From positions 69,254,001-69,318,000 of the forward strand of contig OX597832.1 of NCBI GenBank assembly GCA_951406725.2: a DNA stretch of 64,000 bases, in the 5' to 3' direction. The stretch is from Octopus vulgaris. Its lineage: Eukaryota. This document shows positions 1-12,657 of this stretch, piece after piece. The notes under the pieces were generated by a model. That model had not been told where the DNA came from, ran no database searches, and saw only the letters and a list, made by a program, of their open reading frames with translations. How positions within the stretch are numbered: position 1 is the stretch's first letter; every line of letters begins with the position of its first letter. The translations under genes and the position numbers were made by a program.

Positions 1-192
1 ATTCCACTCAACACACGGCTATGATGCTCCCCCACTACTTCTGCTCTTGATCAGAGATGCACATATTGTCAGCCACCAAGGGACATGCTCAACTGGTTAA
101 GGTCAAACAACTGACAAGCAAATCTGTTGTATTGAGCAGAATATTTGGTGTAGCCCATCATATTGTTATTATTATCATCATCATCATCATCA

Positions 193-247
<55 letters not shown>

Positions 248-248
248 A

Positions 249-481
249 AGGTGGTGAGCTGGCAGCATCATTAGCATGCTGGGTAAAAGGCTTAGTGGAA
301 TTTCATCCATCTTTATATTCTGGATTCAAATGCCACTGAGGTCAACTTTGCCTTTCATCCTTTTGGATTCAATAAATCAAGTATCAGTGAAATACTGGGG
401 TTGGTGTAATTGACTAATCCCTCCCTGCAAAATTTCAAGCCTTGTGCCTATAGTAAAAAGGATCATTATTATTATTATTAT
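249..481 (+). mobile_element. tRNA-derived SINE with Meta/MESC-like core and (ATT)n tail (SINE family A)
   Basis: Head with A/B-box-like motifs (GGTGAGCTGGCAG...GGATTCAAATGCC), core GAGGTCAACTTTGCCTTTCATCCTTTTGG...AATAAATCAAGTATCAG, (ATT)n tail. Many related copies occur in the window. Confidence 0.8.
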
Positions 482-1265
482 TTGAGATGTCGTAAAGTAT
501 CCAGTATCATAATACTGCTGACTGAGGATATTGTGTGTACCAGTGGGGTTTGTACTGTCTGTCAAGTCAAAACAAGGACCTCAGACAGACAGTACTTTAC
601 CCAATATGTGTGCAGTTCCCATTAATGCTGACTTTTGCAATACATCTAGATTGTTGGGTATTGCTAAAGTTCCCAGATGTTTCTTCAGGTTGGGCAGTAT
701 TGAACCCAATGCTCTGATGACAATAGGAATAACCTTTATGTTTGACTCTCATAGCTGCCACATCTTAGCGATCTCAATTCTCAAGTCTCCATACATATCA
801 ATGTTTTCTCTTTCTTTCCTGATGATATGTCAATCTCCTGGTACTGCCATGTCGATTATTAGGCACTTTTGTTTGTCCCTCCTAAAGATTACTATATCCA
901 GCCTTTGATGTTCTAACACCTTGTCTGTCTGGAAGTCAAAGTCCCAGAAGAGTTTGCCTTCTCCTTTTCCTCCATTTCCTCCATACACATTCTGGTGTAT
1001 GTTGGTACCAAGCACCTGTAATCTCATATCCATATTTATGGCATAGTAGCCAGTGAAGGTTTTGAGCTACCTTGTCTTGTCTATGTCTGTACTCTTTCTG
1101 TGCAAGACTTTAACAAGCACTAACAATGTGAGTCATGGTTTCAACCCTCTTCCCACAATTTCTTCAGAAAGTTCATTGCACTTGCATAGAATATATTCTT
1201 TTCCGCTGAGTTGGTATTCAATGCCTGGTCTTGGGCAATGATGATTAGGCTTTCAGTATTTAATA
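482..1265 (-). mobile_element. R4/Dong-clade non-LTR retrotransposon, degenerate 3' fragment (zinc knuckle, RLE endonuclease, 3' UTR)
   Basis: Minus-strand peptides AQDQALNTN, CGKRVETMTHIVSAC, HWLLCHKYGYE, WDFDFQTDKVLEHQRLDIVIFRRDKQKCLIIDMAVPGD and GTAHILGKVLSV* (stop at 581-583). Contains frameshifts and stops. (AAT)n on both sides. Confidence 0.85.
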
Positions 1266-1284
1266 AATATCATTATTATTATTA

Positions 1285-1321
<37 letters not shown>

Positions 1322-1620
1322 ACTTGCCACACTAGTAACACCACAACTACTAACCTTAAAAACAACAGCTTCCCTAACAACACCATCAATATCAACATCA
1401 CTCTCCTGACGTGAAGACAGACCACACTCAAAGCCTCAAGTGTTGACAAACAAGCATGGGTCAGAAGTTAGAAGCTTGACTTAACAAGATGGAGAATGAA
1501 TATTTAAAATATTTAATCATATATCAAGCACATCAAGGCTAAGTTTAGCAGAGTCAATCAATAATACTAAGATTAACATGCAATTCAAAAATTCAACATT
1601 CATTTGTGTGTGTGTGTGTG

Positions 1621-2070
1621 TCATCATCATCGTTTAACATCCGTTTTCCATGCTAGCATGGGTTGCACAGTTGGACTGGGGTCTGGGAAGCCAGAAGGCT
1701 GCATCAGACCCCTATCTGATCTGGCAGTGTTTTTACAGCTGGATGCCCTTCTTAACGCCAACCACTCCATGAGTGTAGTGGGTACTTTTTACTGCCACTG
1801 GCACAGGGGCCAGAGGAGGCTGACAACAACCACAATCAGTTGGTGCTTTTTACGTGCCACTGGCAAGGAAGCCAGTCAAGGCAGTGCTGGCATCAGCCAT
1901 GTTCGGATGGTGCTTTTTATGTGCCACCAGCACAAGTATCACAACTGCAATTTCCATTTGATTTTCATTTTGATGTTGATGTACTTGACTCAATAGGTCT
2001 CCTCAAGCACAGCAGGTCGCCCTATGATCCAAGGTACTTTTGAATGGGCTGGGGCTGGCTATGCAAAGCT
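1621..2070 (-). mobile_element. RTE-clade LINE 3' UTR fragment with (GAT)n tail
   Basis: Same sequence as the 3' UTR attached to the RTE ORF end at 17022-18029. Confidence 0.8.
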
Positions 2071-3095
2071 GTGCATATACATATATGTATATACATATAT
2101 ATATATATATATAAATATATATATATGTATATATATATATGCATATATATGAGTGAGTGGACAAACTCATCTAGTAGAAGTTACATGTATTATTTATAGC
2201 AGTTTGATTTGGTTTCCATGCTACTTCAGGATCTGCAGGCCTCTAATGGAGCTTGACTCCTTCAAGCTTCTGGAATAACTAAATGAAGAGGTCCAAGAAG
2301 TTCAAGAAGGCTATCAGAAGATGGGCAGCTACAGGTCAAGGCAGCTCATATGGTGTTATAGTGAATAATGTCAATTAGTTACCAACACCAATTCCATCAG
2401 AAAAAGGGAGTTTCTTTGACTGCATGGTTGGACAGGAGATTGGTGACATCAGTGTATCTGTGTGTGGCAGTGGTAAGGCTGGTGAGTGTATGAATTTGTA
2501 TGCATGTGTGCAAAACAAGTTTGTGTTTTGGAACCAGTATTATTTGCACTTCTTTTTGCTGTAATGCTGGATTATGCCTTTTCTGATGTATAAGAGGGTG
2601 TGTTTCTTGAATATAGGACAATGGGTGGCATCTTCAATCAATAGCATTTCAAAGCAAGAACTAAGGTTGCGTCTCAAACAATAAGAGATTTACTGTTTGC
2701 AAATGATTGTGCCCTTGTTACTCATTTGGCTTAACTATTAGCATTAAAAAGATTGAACTGTCTGGTAGCCCCCCCCCCCCCCCCCCACACACACACTCCG
2801 CTCTCTTTAATCATGCTTCTTTCAAAATCTCCTACCACTTATATTATGACCTTTGAACCTCAAGAGTGTACCCTGGCACTTTCCACCATCTATATCTCTC
2901 TCTTCCATTACTCAACCATCCCATTTATATTCTGATCCCCATCTCTTGTCAGTATGCCCAGCATTTTGCCACCATCTCTATCCTGCTGTCTACCACTCAC
3001 TCTCTCTCTCTCTCTCTCTTTCTCCTAATCTTCCTTCAGGTTGAGTAACCATGTATCTCCTTTGCAGCAGTGCACCTGTTTCTGTCTTCATTCCT

Positions 3096-3131
<36 letters not shown>

Positions 3132-3259
3132 CAGCCAGATAACCTTCTACCTCCTGTACAACAAGACCCCTGTTTCTGTCTCTCTAACTATAACCTATCA
3201 TCATCTGATACAAGCTTACCTCCTCTAATGCCCCCTCCATTTGTAAGGTACTTGGTAAC

Positions 3260-3580
3260 CCTGTCAGTGCAGGTGCCACTTAAAAAGCATCCAGTCCACA
3301 CTGTAAAGTGGTTGGCATCTGGTAGAGCATCCAGCTGTAAAAAACCTTGCCAAAACTGACCACCTCACCTGTACTTGCATGATACCATTACCTTCCATGA
3401 CTATGATCTTGTTTGGCTTGATGGATCTTCTACTCAAGCTTGGCATGTTGCCAAAAAGGTCTTGGTCATTTGTCATTGCCTCCATGAGGCCCAAAGCTCA
3501 ATAGGTGCTTTTAATGTGCCAGCAGCATGGGTGCTAATCATGTGACACCAGCATCAGCCACATTGCCTCTGTGTGGCCCA
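3260..3580. mobile_element. Degenerate RTE-related fragments (3' UTR piece on +, ORF-end piece on -)
   Basis: GTGCAGGTGCCACTTAAAAAGCATCC...GGTAGAGCATCCAGCTGTA on +; GLMEAMTNDQDL on -, similar to the RTE C-terminus. Confidence 0.55.
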
Positions 3581-3604
3581 ACAGGCATACATATATTTAT
3601 ACAT

Positions 3605-3656
<52 letters not shown>

Positions 3657-3690
3657 CACATAACATATTTATAATTACATATACATATGT

Positions 3691-4508
3691 AAGTGGTCTA
3701 ACGATTGGGACCTGTGTCTGAACGTGTCAAAGTGCTGTCATCTGCCTGTCGGCTCTACTCCTGCAACTCAACTTGATTTCGAGCCGGGTCGTCTGCTGCT
3801 GGAGAGGACCGATCAGGTAAAGGACCTGGGTATCTTGGTGGATTCCTCCTTTTCGCCTTCGGCCCAGTGCGTCCATGCTGCCAACAAAGCGCGCGGAATT
3901 CTGTTTTTGATTCGACGGTCATTCGGAATGCTCACAGCAGCCATATTCCTGCCACTCTATGTCACGCTGGTGAGACCCATATTGGAGTATGGGATTCAAG
4001 CCTCTTCTCCTTATCTCCTCAAAGACATACAGCACCTCGAAAGAGTCCAGAGGCTGGCTACCCGCATGGTTCATGGTCTCAAAAATTTATCCTACGAAGA
4101 AAGGCTGAGGACGCTCGACCTTTGTTCTCTTGAAAAACGCCGCCGCCGTGGTGATCTCATTCTCGCCCACAACATCATAAGCGGGAAGTGTAACCTCTCG
4201 AAAGAGCTGTTCTTCACTCCTGCTCCGGAGCGTCGGCTGCGGGGTCATTCCGAAAAGCTCTACCTGCGACGATTTCATCTCAATCGAAGGAGAGGAGCTT
4301 TCTCCGTCCGGGTTGTGGATCCGTGGAACAAGCTGCCAGACGAGATGGTGAAGATGCCGACGACCGCTTTGTTCAAAGCCTCCCTGGACCTCAAGTGGCC
4401 TGAACTCTTTACATGAACACCACCCTGTACTTAACTCCATGTCCCCCTACATGGCCTTGCTATTTGCTTTTGAGCCAAATTAACTAACTAACTAACTAAC
4501 TAACTAAC
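3691..4508 (+). mobile_element. CR1-clade LINE, 5'-truncated, open RT C-terminal region, (TAAC)n tail
   Basis: ORF 3724-4416 has KDLGILVD, LYVTLVRPILEY, LERVQRLATRMV, LSYEERL, SLEKRRRRGDLI, RLRGH and FSVRVVDPWNKLP. (TAAC)n at 4481-4508. Candidate 8-bp TSD ACATATGT at 3683-3690 and 4507-4514. Confidence 0.92.
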
Positions 4509-5084
4509 ATATGTGTGTGTGTGCGCATATGCAGAAAGCCCTATATATATTTACACAAGGAAGCTAATTTGCTGACCCCATTAGAAAAGCAGATTGATTC
4601 CTTTGTAGCATTCTTTAGGGTCTCTGTAACCAGAATTCAGAAACCACCAAACTTAGCTTGCCTTTGATCTTTTGGTGTCTATAAATAAGAACCAGTCAGA
4701 CTCTGAAAGTCAGTCAGTCCGCTTCCTCCTCCTCCTCCTGTCTCTCATTCTGTATGAGGAAGAAGCTCAGACTGCAGTGGGCACAAGCAGGCCTTGAGAT
4801 GCATTGTATACTTGACAGTGCACCTAGGACTTCACCAGCAGCTGAGAGCTCATAACATAGCACACACACACACACATGTATATGCACACGCGCGTATATG
4901 CATGTGAGTGTGTGGGTGTGTGGTGGGGTGTGTGGAGCATGCTATAGTTTAAAAGCTCACTTCCCAACCACATGGTTTTGATCCGGTTCCACAGTATGCA
5001 GCCTTAGCTGACTGTCTTCTAGGATGACGCAGGGCTGACCACTGTTTTAGAAGTAATTTGGTAGACATAATCTAAAAAAGATGC

Positions 5085-5142
5085 CTATCATATATGTGTG
5101 TGTGTGTGTATATATATATGTGTATATATATATGTACGTGCA

Positions 5143-5183
<41 letters not shown>

Positions 5184-5253
5184 ACATAGGAATACATATA
5201 TACATATATATATATATATGTATATGTATATATATATATGTATATATATGTAT

Positions 5254-5287
<34 letters not shown>

Positions 5288-5496
5288 ATATAAATATATA
5301 TGTGTGTATATATATATGTATATATATATATATATAAACACATAGGTATACATATATATACATATATACATATGCATATATATATATAAACATATATACA
5401 TATATATATAAACACATAGGTATACATATATAAACATATATACATACATATGTATATATATAAACATATACATATATATGTATATATAAATATATA

Positions 5497-5544
<48 letters not shown>

Positions 5545-5637
5545 TGAATATATAAACATATATCAATCTATGTTTCTAACCTGCACAGGTGCCAGGTGGG
5601 GCTGGTACTTATGTATATATATATATCTATCATATAT

Positions 5638-5684
<47 letters not shown>

Positions 5685-5739
5685 TATATACATATATACA
5701 TTCATATATATATATATATATATATACATATATACATGC

Positions 5740-5786
<47 letters not shown>

Positions 5787-5962
5787 TATATATATATAAA
5801 CATATATGTATAGATGCATGTGAAATATACACTCATATACATAAGTACACATGCATTGATATATACATACATTAGCAAATATAAATTTGCATATATGTAC
5901 ATATAGATACACATATATATACACACATGTATATCGATGCATAAACATGTGCATGCACACAT

Positions 5963-6027
<65 letters not shown>

Positions 6028-6054
6028 CAGACAGACAGACAGAGATATACACAC

Positions 6055-6096
<42 letters not shown>

Positions 6097-6192
6097 GTAT
6101 AAATGCATATTTACATACACACACCCATACACATTTGTGTGTGTTTCACTGTCACACACACACACACATACATATATACGTACATACATACA

Positions 6193-6223
<31 letters not shown>

Positions 6224-6272
6224 GTATGAAAAGAGTAGGTGAGGTGTGTGCTTGTGTGTGTGTGTGTGTGTA
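5085..6272. repeat. Compound (TA)n/(CA)n/(GA)n/(TACA)n microsatellite tract
   Basis: Seen directly; source of the YI/HT-repeat ORFs. Confidence 0.97.
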
Positions 6273-6871
6273 TAAATAACAAAGGTTATTATAAAACGAG
6301 AATAGCTCCGAGTTACAAGCCAGCCTATTTCTATACTTTATTTATTGTTAAGTGAAAGTAATCTGTGCATTATCATCTGAAAGATGCCATATGAATATAT
6401 ATGGATGGTCACACTTCTACAACTTCTGCTGCATTATGTAATATCCATGCGATAATCTATTTTGGAGAAGTAGTCAGAAATGAATTAATAACTACTTCGC
6501 GAATAGAACAGAGTTTAAAAGGAGAACTTTTCGAAAAGGAAATGGGTTTTTTCAGATCATTTTTCAATCCTTGCAATGTTTATTATATTTGTGGTTAAGA
6601 AGTTTGTACTTGCTTCATAGTCCCTTGGTCTCCGGTTCAATTGCCACGTGCAGTTATTGACTGCAGTCATAGTTTCATGTCTGCACAACAGTGATAGAGA
6701 CTAGGTGGACGAATACTATGCAGATCTCCTTTCAATGGACACTACGCCACCTCTTATTTTCTTTCTTCTTTTTTTTTTGTTTAAAGCCTCGAACTGATCA
6801 CTGTGTGCCACCAACCTTTTTCATATAACATCCTTATCAAAATACACTGCCTTTGCTTTTAATTAGTTTTG

Positions 6872-6927
<56 letters not shown>

Positions 6928-6967
6928 TATTATTATTATTATTATTATAAACGTAGTAAAATAACAT

Positions 6968-7340
6968 TAAATCCTTTGGTACCAACCTGCACAAGAACAC
7001 CACTTCTGGTTCTATGATACAGACTTTCTCTTTTAAATAATGTAAATTAAAAAAGATTCATCAAAATTTCATTCATCAAAATTTCAATTCAAAGCTTATT
7101 TTAATGAGAGTTTTATTATTTTCAAAATTAATTTATTCAGCACATTTTAACAAAAAACTGTTTGTAATGGGACAAATTGATGTGAAATTTTGATAGAACA
7201 GTTTTATTTAGATCCCTAAGATGGATGGATTCATCATCACCATCATCATCCCTTAATGTCTGTCTTCTGTGCATGCATGGGTAGGACAGTTGTATCACAA
7301 AACAAAATGCGGCTTCAGGTGTGTTGCTATAAAAATGGTA
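6968..7340. mobile_element. Degenerate TTAA-associated (piggyBac-like) MITE with an RTE-tail fragment inside
   Basis: Begins TTAAATCCTTTGGTACCAACC. Internal sequence resembles the element at 18838-19031. Termini are eroded. Confidence 0.4.
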
Positions 7341-8197
7341 AATGCATTCTGCTCTGCTGAAAGCATTTGAATCATGTTTGCAGCTTTAAGATACATTTTG
7401 CAACCTTTGTCTCTGCAATCTCAGAACTTCTGAAAAAGGGACACGGGTGAGTTTTCTGCTCAAACTAAGACGCACACTTCCTCTTATATCCAAATTATGT
7501 TCCTGCCATTAACTGTTGATGCTTCTGTCCACAGATCTGAGACAAGGAGGTTAGACTTCTCAATTTGCATATTCTGATATAGAATTAACGATAATTTCAC
7601 ATGCCATGGAATCATTCCAATACAGAGCAGATTCATCATTGTTTTAACATCGACTTATTCATGCTTGCATGGATCAGACCAGACTATATTGAAGAAGTGT
7701 TTTCTGATGCCAAATGATCTTCCTGACACCAAACCTCACCTATTTCTCAGGCAAAAATCCTCTCATCTCTTGATTAGATTAAAGGCTATGATTCCTTCTG
7801 ATTGAATCTTCCTTGCATCAACATGCACATCCTTGTGATGATGTAACCTTTAATCTAATCAAGATATCCTTGGCTTGAAGAGTAACCAGTGGTATACACC
7901 TTGCTTGGATTTTACCACTTCTGAGGTTCCACTCACTATGAAACATATGTAGCCTGAATTTTTCCGACTTCATTCCCTAACTCGTGCATTCTTTTTTGTA
8001 CACTTGGCAACCCTGGTCGCCTACCATGGAATATAAAAAGAACTTTCTTCTGCTCATCATTCTTCGATAAAGAAAAGTAATCCACAACCTTCCATCTCAA
8101 TAAACCATTATTGTTCCTGAAAGCTGTTTTTTTTTAATATTTACTACAGATTGCCTGAAGCTAACTTTCTTTCTACACCTCAATCATTGGATCTTAC

Positions 8198-8228
<31 letters not shown>

Positions 8229-8234
8229 AATTTT

Positions 8235-9220
8235 AAAAATGGAACAAGAACACAACAGATGGCAATAAAACATACAGACAGAAAATACAAAGATGGACAG
8301 GAAAAGCAACAAAAAGTTGAACAGGACAAAACGAGGCAATCTCTCCTCAGTCAAGTTTCCAAATTATCCTTACAGTTTCATCTGGTTACACTTGAGAGTG
8401 TTCAAATCTGGCAGGCTCCAAAAAGCTATGCCAAGAGCATTAAGAGTTTTGGGAGAAAGCAAGCAAATGTGTAAGACAACAAAGACAAAAAAAATCCAAG
8501 AAAATGTTACACAATTACAAACAAGAAAATAACAACAGGTGTCTTTCGATTAATAGAGACAAATCAAGTTTAGTTGGCATGTGTAGAGAGAAAGCCTTGA
8601 GGCAGGAACATAGAAGATGAACATAAGAGATGAAAGTCATGAGACAGGAATATAAGAGATGCTTTGCAGCCAGCAGTTGAGCCAAGTCATGTGGAAAGAA
8701 AGGAGAGAAGTAGGGGCAGAGGGTTTGAAAAATTAGGTGGAGAATGAGAAAGAAAGAAAATCAAGGGGACATAGAGAAGGTACAAGGGTGATAAACGAGG
8801 AAAAGTAGGTAGATTAAAGAAAGAGAAAGCCAAGAAATGTGAGAGAGAGGAAATGAGAAAAACAAAAGAGGAAAGAAAGATGCAAGTAGGAGGGGGACTA
8901 AAAGAAAGAGTAAGACAGTCGTACAGAATTTAGATACATACATATTTACAAGGTGAACAAAAGTGAATGTACACTGCTATAAATATATAAATAATAAAAA
9001 TGGAACAAGAACGCAACAGACAACAATAAAACATCTGGACAGATAGATGATACAAAGATGGACAGGAAAAACAACAAAAAGATGGAAAAGAAAAACAAAA
9101 GGGTGGGTCATTCGTGGCCTTCTCTCCTCAGTCAAGTTTCCAGATTATCTTTTCAGTTTTGGCCGGTTACATTTGAGACTGTTCAAATCTGGCAGACCTC
9201 TAAAATCTAAGTTAAGAGCA
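8235..9220. repeat. Diverged ~210-bp direct repeats (8235-8440 and 8996-9220) flanking a purine-rich spacer; possible Penelope-type non-autonomous element
   Basis: Shared blocks AAAAATGGAACAAGAA, TACAAAGATGGACAGGAAAA, CTCTCCTCAGTCAAGTTTCC, GGTTACA and GTTCAAATCTGGCAG; adjacent to (TA)n. Confidence 0.65.
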
Positions 9221-9229
9221 TATATAGAT

Positions 9230-9490
9230 GAAGAAGACTCATCAAGCCAAGTAAAATCACATTCATGGCAGATACTGGTGTCATGCAAATGGCACCCATG
9301 CTAGTGGCACACAAAAGCACCCATTATGCTGTCAGAGTGATTGGTGTTAGGAAAGGAATCCAGCTGTAGAAACCATGGCAAAACAGACTGGAGCCTGGTG
9401 CAGCCTTACAGCTTACCAGCCATGGTCAAACCATCCAACCCATGCCAGCATGGACAACAGACGTTAAATGATGATGATGAAGGATGATGA
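9230..9490 (+). mobile_element. RTE 3' UTR fragment
   Basis: ...GTTAGGAAAGGAATCCAGCTGTAGAAACC...CCAACCCATGCCAGCATGGA...GTTAAATGATGATGAT. Confidence 0.75.
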
Positions 9491-12400
9491 TACACACACA
9501 CACACACACACACATGCATGCATGCAAATCAGTAATATAGTCATGATTTATTTAAACAGAGCATCAATGGCCAGTTTGTTGATGTACAAGAAAGTCTTCC
9601 AGATTTTATATCGAATAAAATTATAACAATGGGTTGGTACCATTCAGTGCTGGAATAAAATGATTACAGAGTATTTGTTCGGGTCTGAAGTTCCAAGATC
9701 AAATTCTGTCATAGTTATGTTCACCTTTCAACATTCAGGGGTAGACAAAATAAAGTACCAGTTAAGTGCAGGCAATAGCTTGTTTCTTGGTCTGTACCAA
9801 AATGAAATGGGTTAGCATAATACTGCCAACAGAACACACACACATATACACATCCTACCATTTGCTAACACACACACACACACTCTCTCTTTCTTTCTCT
9901 CTAAAGTCGACCCTGTTAAGTGCAAAGTGACAAAAGGAATCAACATAATAAAAGTGAATGGTATGATGCACAAGTGTATGTGCCACCTGCCACCTCCCCT
10001 GTACTTTCTCTGCAGCAGGGCATCTGTGCTTCCCTTCCATTATACTTCAATTTCTCGACATTTGGGATAAAGCTGCCTCCCTTTCCATTTCCCACCCACT
10101 TAATGGGGGGGGGGCTGTTTGTTTTGTGGGTTACTTAGCGACCCTGCTCTTGCCAGTGTTATGAAGAAGGGCACCCTGTACACCCTGTAGAGTGGTTATT
10201 AGTGTCACAGTCATACAAGCCGTCTCATTCGTTTCCAGCCAAAGAAATAGTGCCAAAGCAAACATTGGAGTCTGATGCAATCCCCCCTCGCCCTCGCCCA
10301 TTGGCAGCCATCTAACCTATGTCAGTATTGAAGAGAAATGTTAAAAACATGATGATGAGGATGATGTAGATATAATGTGTGTGTGCGTGCATGTGTTTTA
10401 ATGATTGTCATGGTATCTCAGAGATGTGCTGAAATACTTGTTCAAGGATAAGATCATATTTCTGTAATGAAATTCTTTTGATGCTTACTGACATGTAATC
10501 CTCAGATACATAACAGAAAACTCCATGTAATGATTTATGTAAATGTGTGTGTGCACTCACACTTATGTGCATGTGTGAGTGTGCGTGTGTTTGCATGTAT
10601 GTGTGCTTGAATAGTTATCGTGACATCATTTCACCTCAGAAATGTAGTGCAACAACAGTGATAATATATCGATGACTGAGTCTCTTACTACCAGCCTGGG
10701 GCTACCATGATTCTGCTATGAGGATGTAACCATTCCAGTTTCATCTCATCATCTTACGTAAATTCCTTTGCCAACCCAATCACTTGCCCTACATCAACAT
10801 TTGAATTAACATCAGCCTTGGAAGCAAATTTTATTCTAAGCACATCTCACAGAGAAATATTTCTCCATACAGAAGTATTTCCATCCAAAACTAATTAAGG
10901 AAATACTCAAATAATACAATTACAAAAGGAGAAATATTACAGTTATGATGTCTTTGAGAGAAATAAAAGTTATCCAGATGTAAAGGTTTTGCCATAAACA
11001 GACACAAAATCATCCAAATTCTTAATCTCTGTATGATTTAATTAACCCGTTAACTGCAAAATTAAATTTCATGGTTATTCCAGTAATGATGTTAAATATC
11101 TACCAAAAAATAGAATTGGTATTTTCTACAACTCACAATGCCTCACTAAAACTTGACATATCTCAACAAAATATACTCAAAATTATGTGATTTTCCCATT
11201 AAAATGATTAATGAAAAAAGCATCAATGAATCCTAGAGAGGCTCTGTTTTGTTGCAGCTTTGGAAAATACATTTGTTTCTAATTTAAGCATAAAGCTTGA
11301 AGTTTTCAAGAGAAGGGATATGTTAGCTGATTGCTTCAACCTCAGCATCTGGTAGGTACTTTACTTTATAGACCACAAATGGTGAAAAAGAAAAGATGGT
11401 GCTAACAGGATTTGAAATCAGAATGATGACAAGGCATTGTTCTGATGCTCTAATGATTCCACCAGCTCACCACCACCACTCTGATGCTTCTGCCAGTGCT
11501 GTCCACACTTTTGGATGTGATGCCTGTTCAGTTGCCACAGGTCTATTGCATTTGTCAGCTGCATCAGGATACTGAACATACAAGTCAGGCCACCACTGTA
11601 CACACAATCAATGCAAATGAACCAGCAATTAATAATATCAATATCAAGAACACAACTGCGGATTCATTTTACTTATGACTCCAGATGGATTTGAACTTAG
11701 AATGCATACTCTAACAATTCTGCCAAACCACCACATTGAGACATTCCTCAATTGTACAGTAGGATTTGAACTCACAATGCATAGGTCCACCATAATAAAA
11801 ATCATCATAGTTTCAATGTTTACATTTCCATGCTGACATGATTCCAACGGAATTTGTTGAGGCAGTTTTCTGTGGCTGGATGCCTTTTCTGTCAACAACC
11901 CTCACCTGTTTCCAAGTAAGATAATATTTTTCCAAGGCCAGGCATGTTTTGTTTTAACAGAAGATATGTGATGAAAAATGTCAAGACAAAGAAACACTAA
12001 CACACACACACACACACACACACAACAACAACAACAACAACTTTTTTCAGTTTCATAAAGCTTGATTAGCCTGGGTCTATAACAGAAGACATTTGTCCAA
12101 GGTGTCATGATGTAGGATTGAACTTAAAACTATGTATTTGGGAAGCAAACTTCATAACCATATAACCATGCCTGCCCCATAACTAAATATCACAAAAAAA
12201 TTCTCACCCCACCCTACCCCACTCTTCCAAACTCCCACAGCAAGCCATTGTCAATCATACATTTAGCACATCGCTTAATGTAGGGCTAACATCTGAGGGT
12301 TAAGTGCCACGGCCTTTAGATATGGTGCAGTACTAACCTGTGAAGTGTTTTATGAACTGTTTACTGTTTTTTGAGACATCACCTTTGACCAACAAGTCAA

Positions 12401-12657
12401 CAACCAGTTGACTCAATCAAAATATACGTTTCATGTGCTTTTCATTCCCTTGACAAGATGAAGACAATTTATTTCTAACATAACCAAAGCTTCCTGTCAG
12501 ATTTCATAGAAAATTAATAATTCAGTAATAGTTTTCACAACTCTTAACACAGCTTCATTGTTTTTGCTTAAAACTTGGCAGATGCAAAGCTACAGAATAA
12601 TGAGAAAAGTCTGTTGATTTGCCAGAGATTATTATTGTTGTTGTTGTTGTTAAGACA

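Noticed and set aside
1-160. Complex sequence at the window start, probably a repeat fragment
   Set aside because: No second copy or diagnostic motif within the window to support a call.
249-340. tRNA genes
   Set aside because: A/B-box motifs belong to SINE heads; no complete cloverleaf found.
5047-6282. Many ORFs of YI/HT/CV/LS or poly-I/Y/L composition, here and throughout the window
   Set aside because: They are translations of stop-free microsatellites with no protein signal.
7425-7549. Plus-strand micro-exon/short-intron pattern (CAG|...|GTGAGT...CACAG|)
   Set aside because: No recognisable peptide; such motifs arise by chance in 64 kb.
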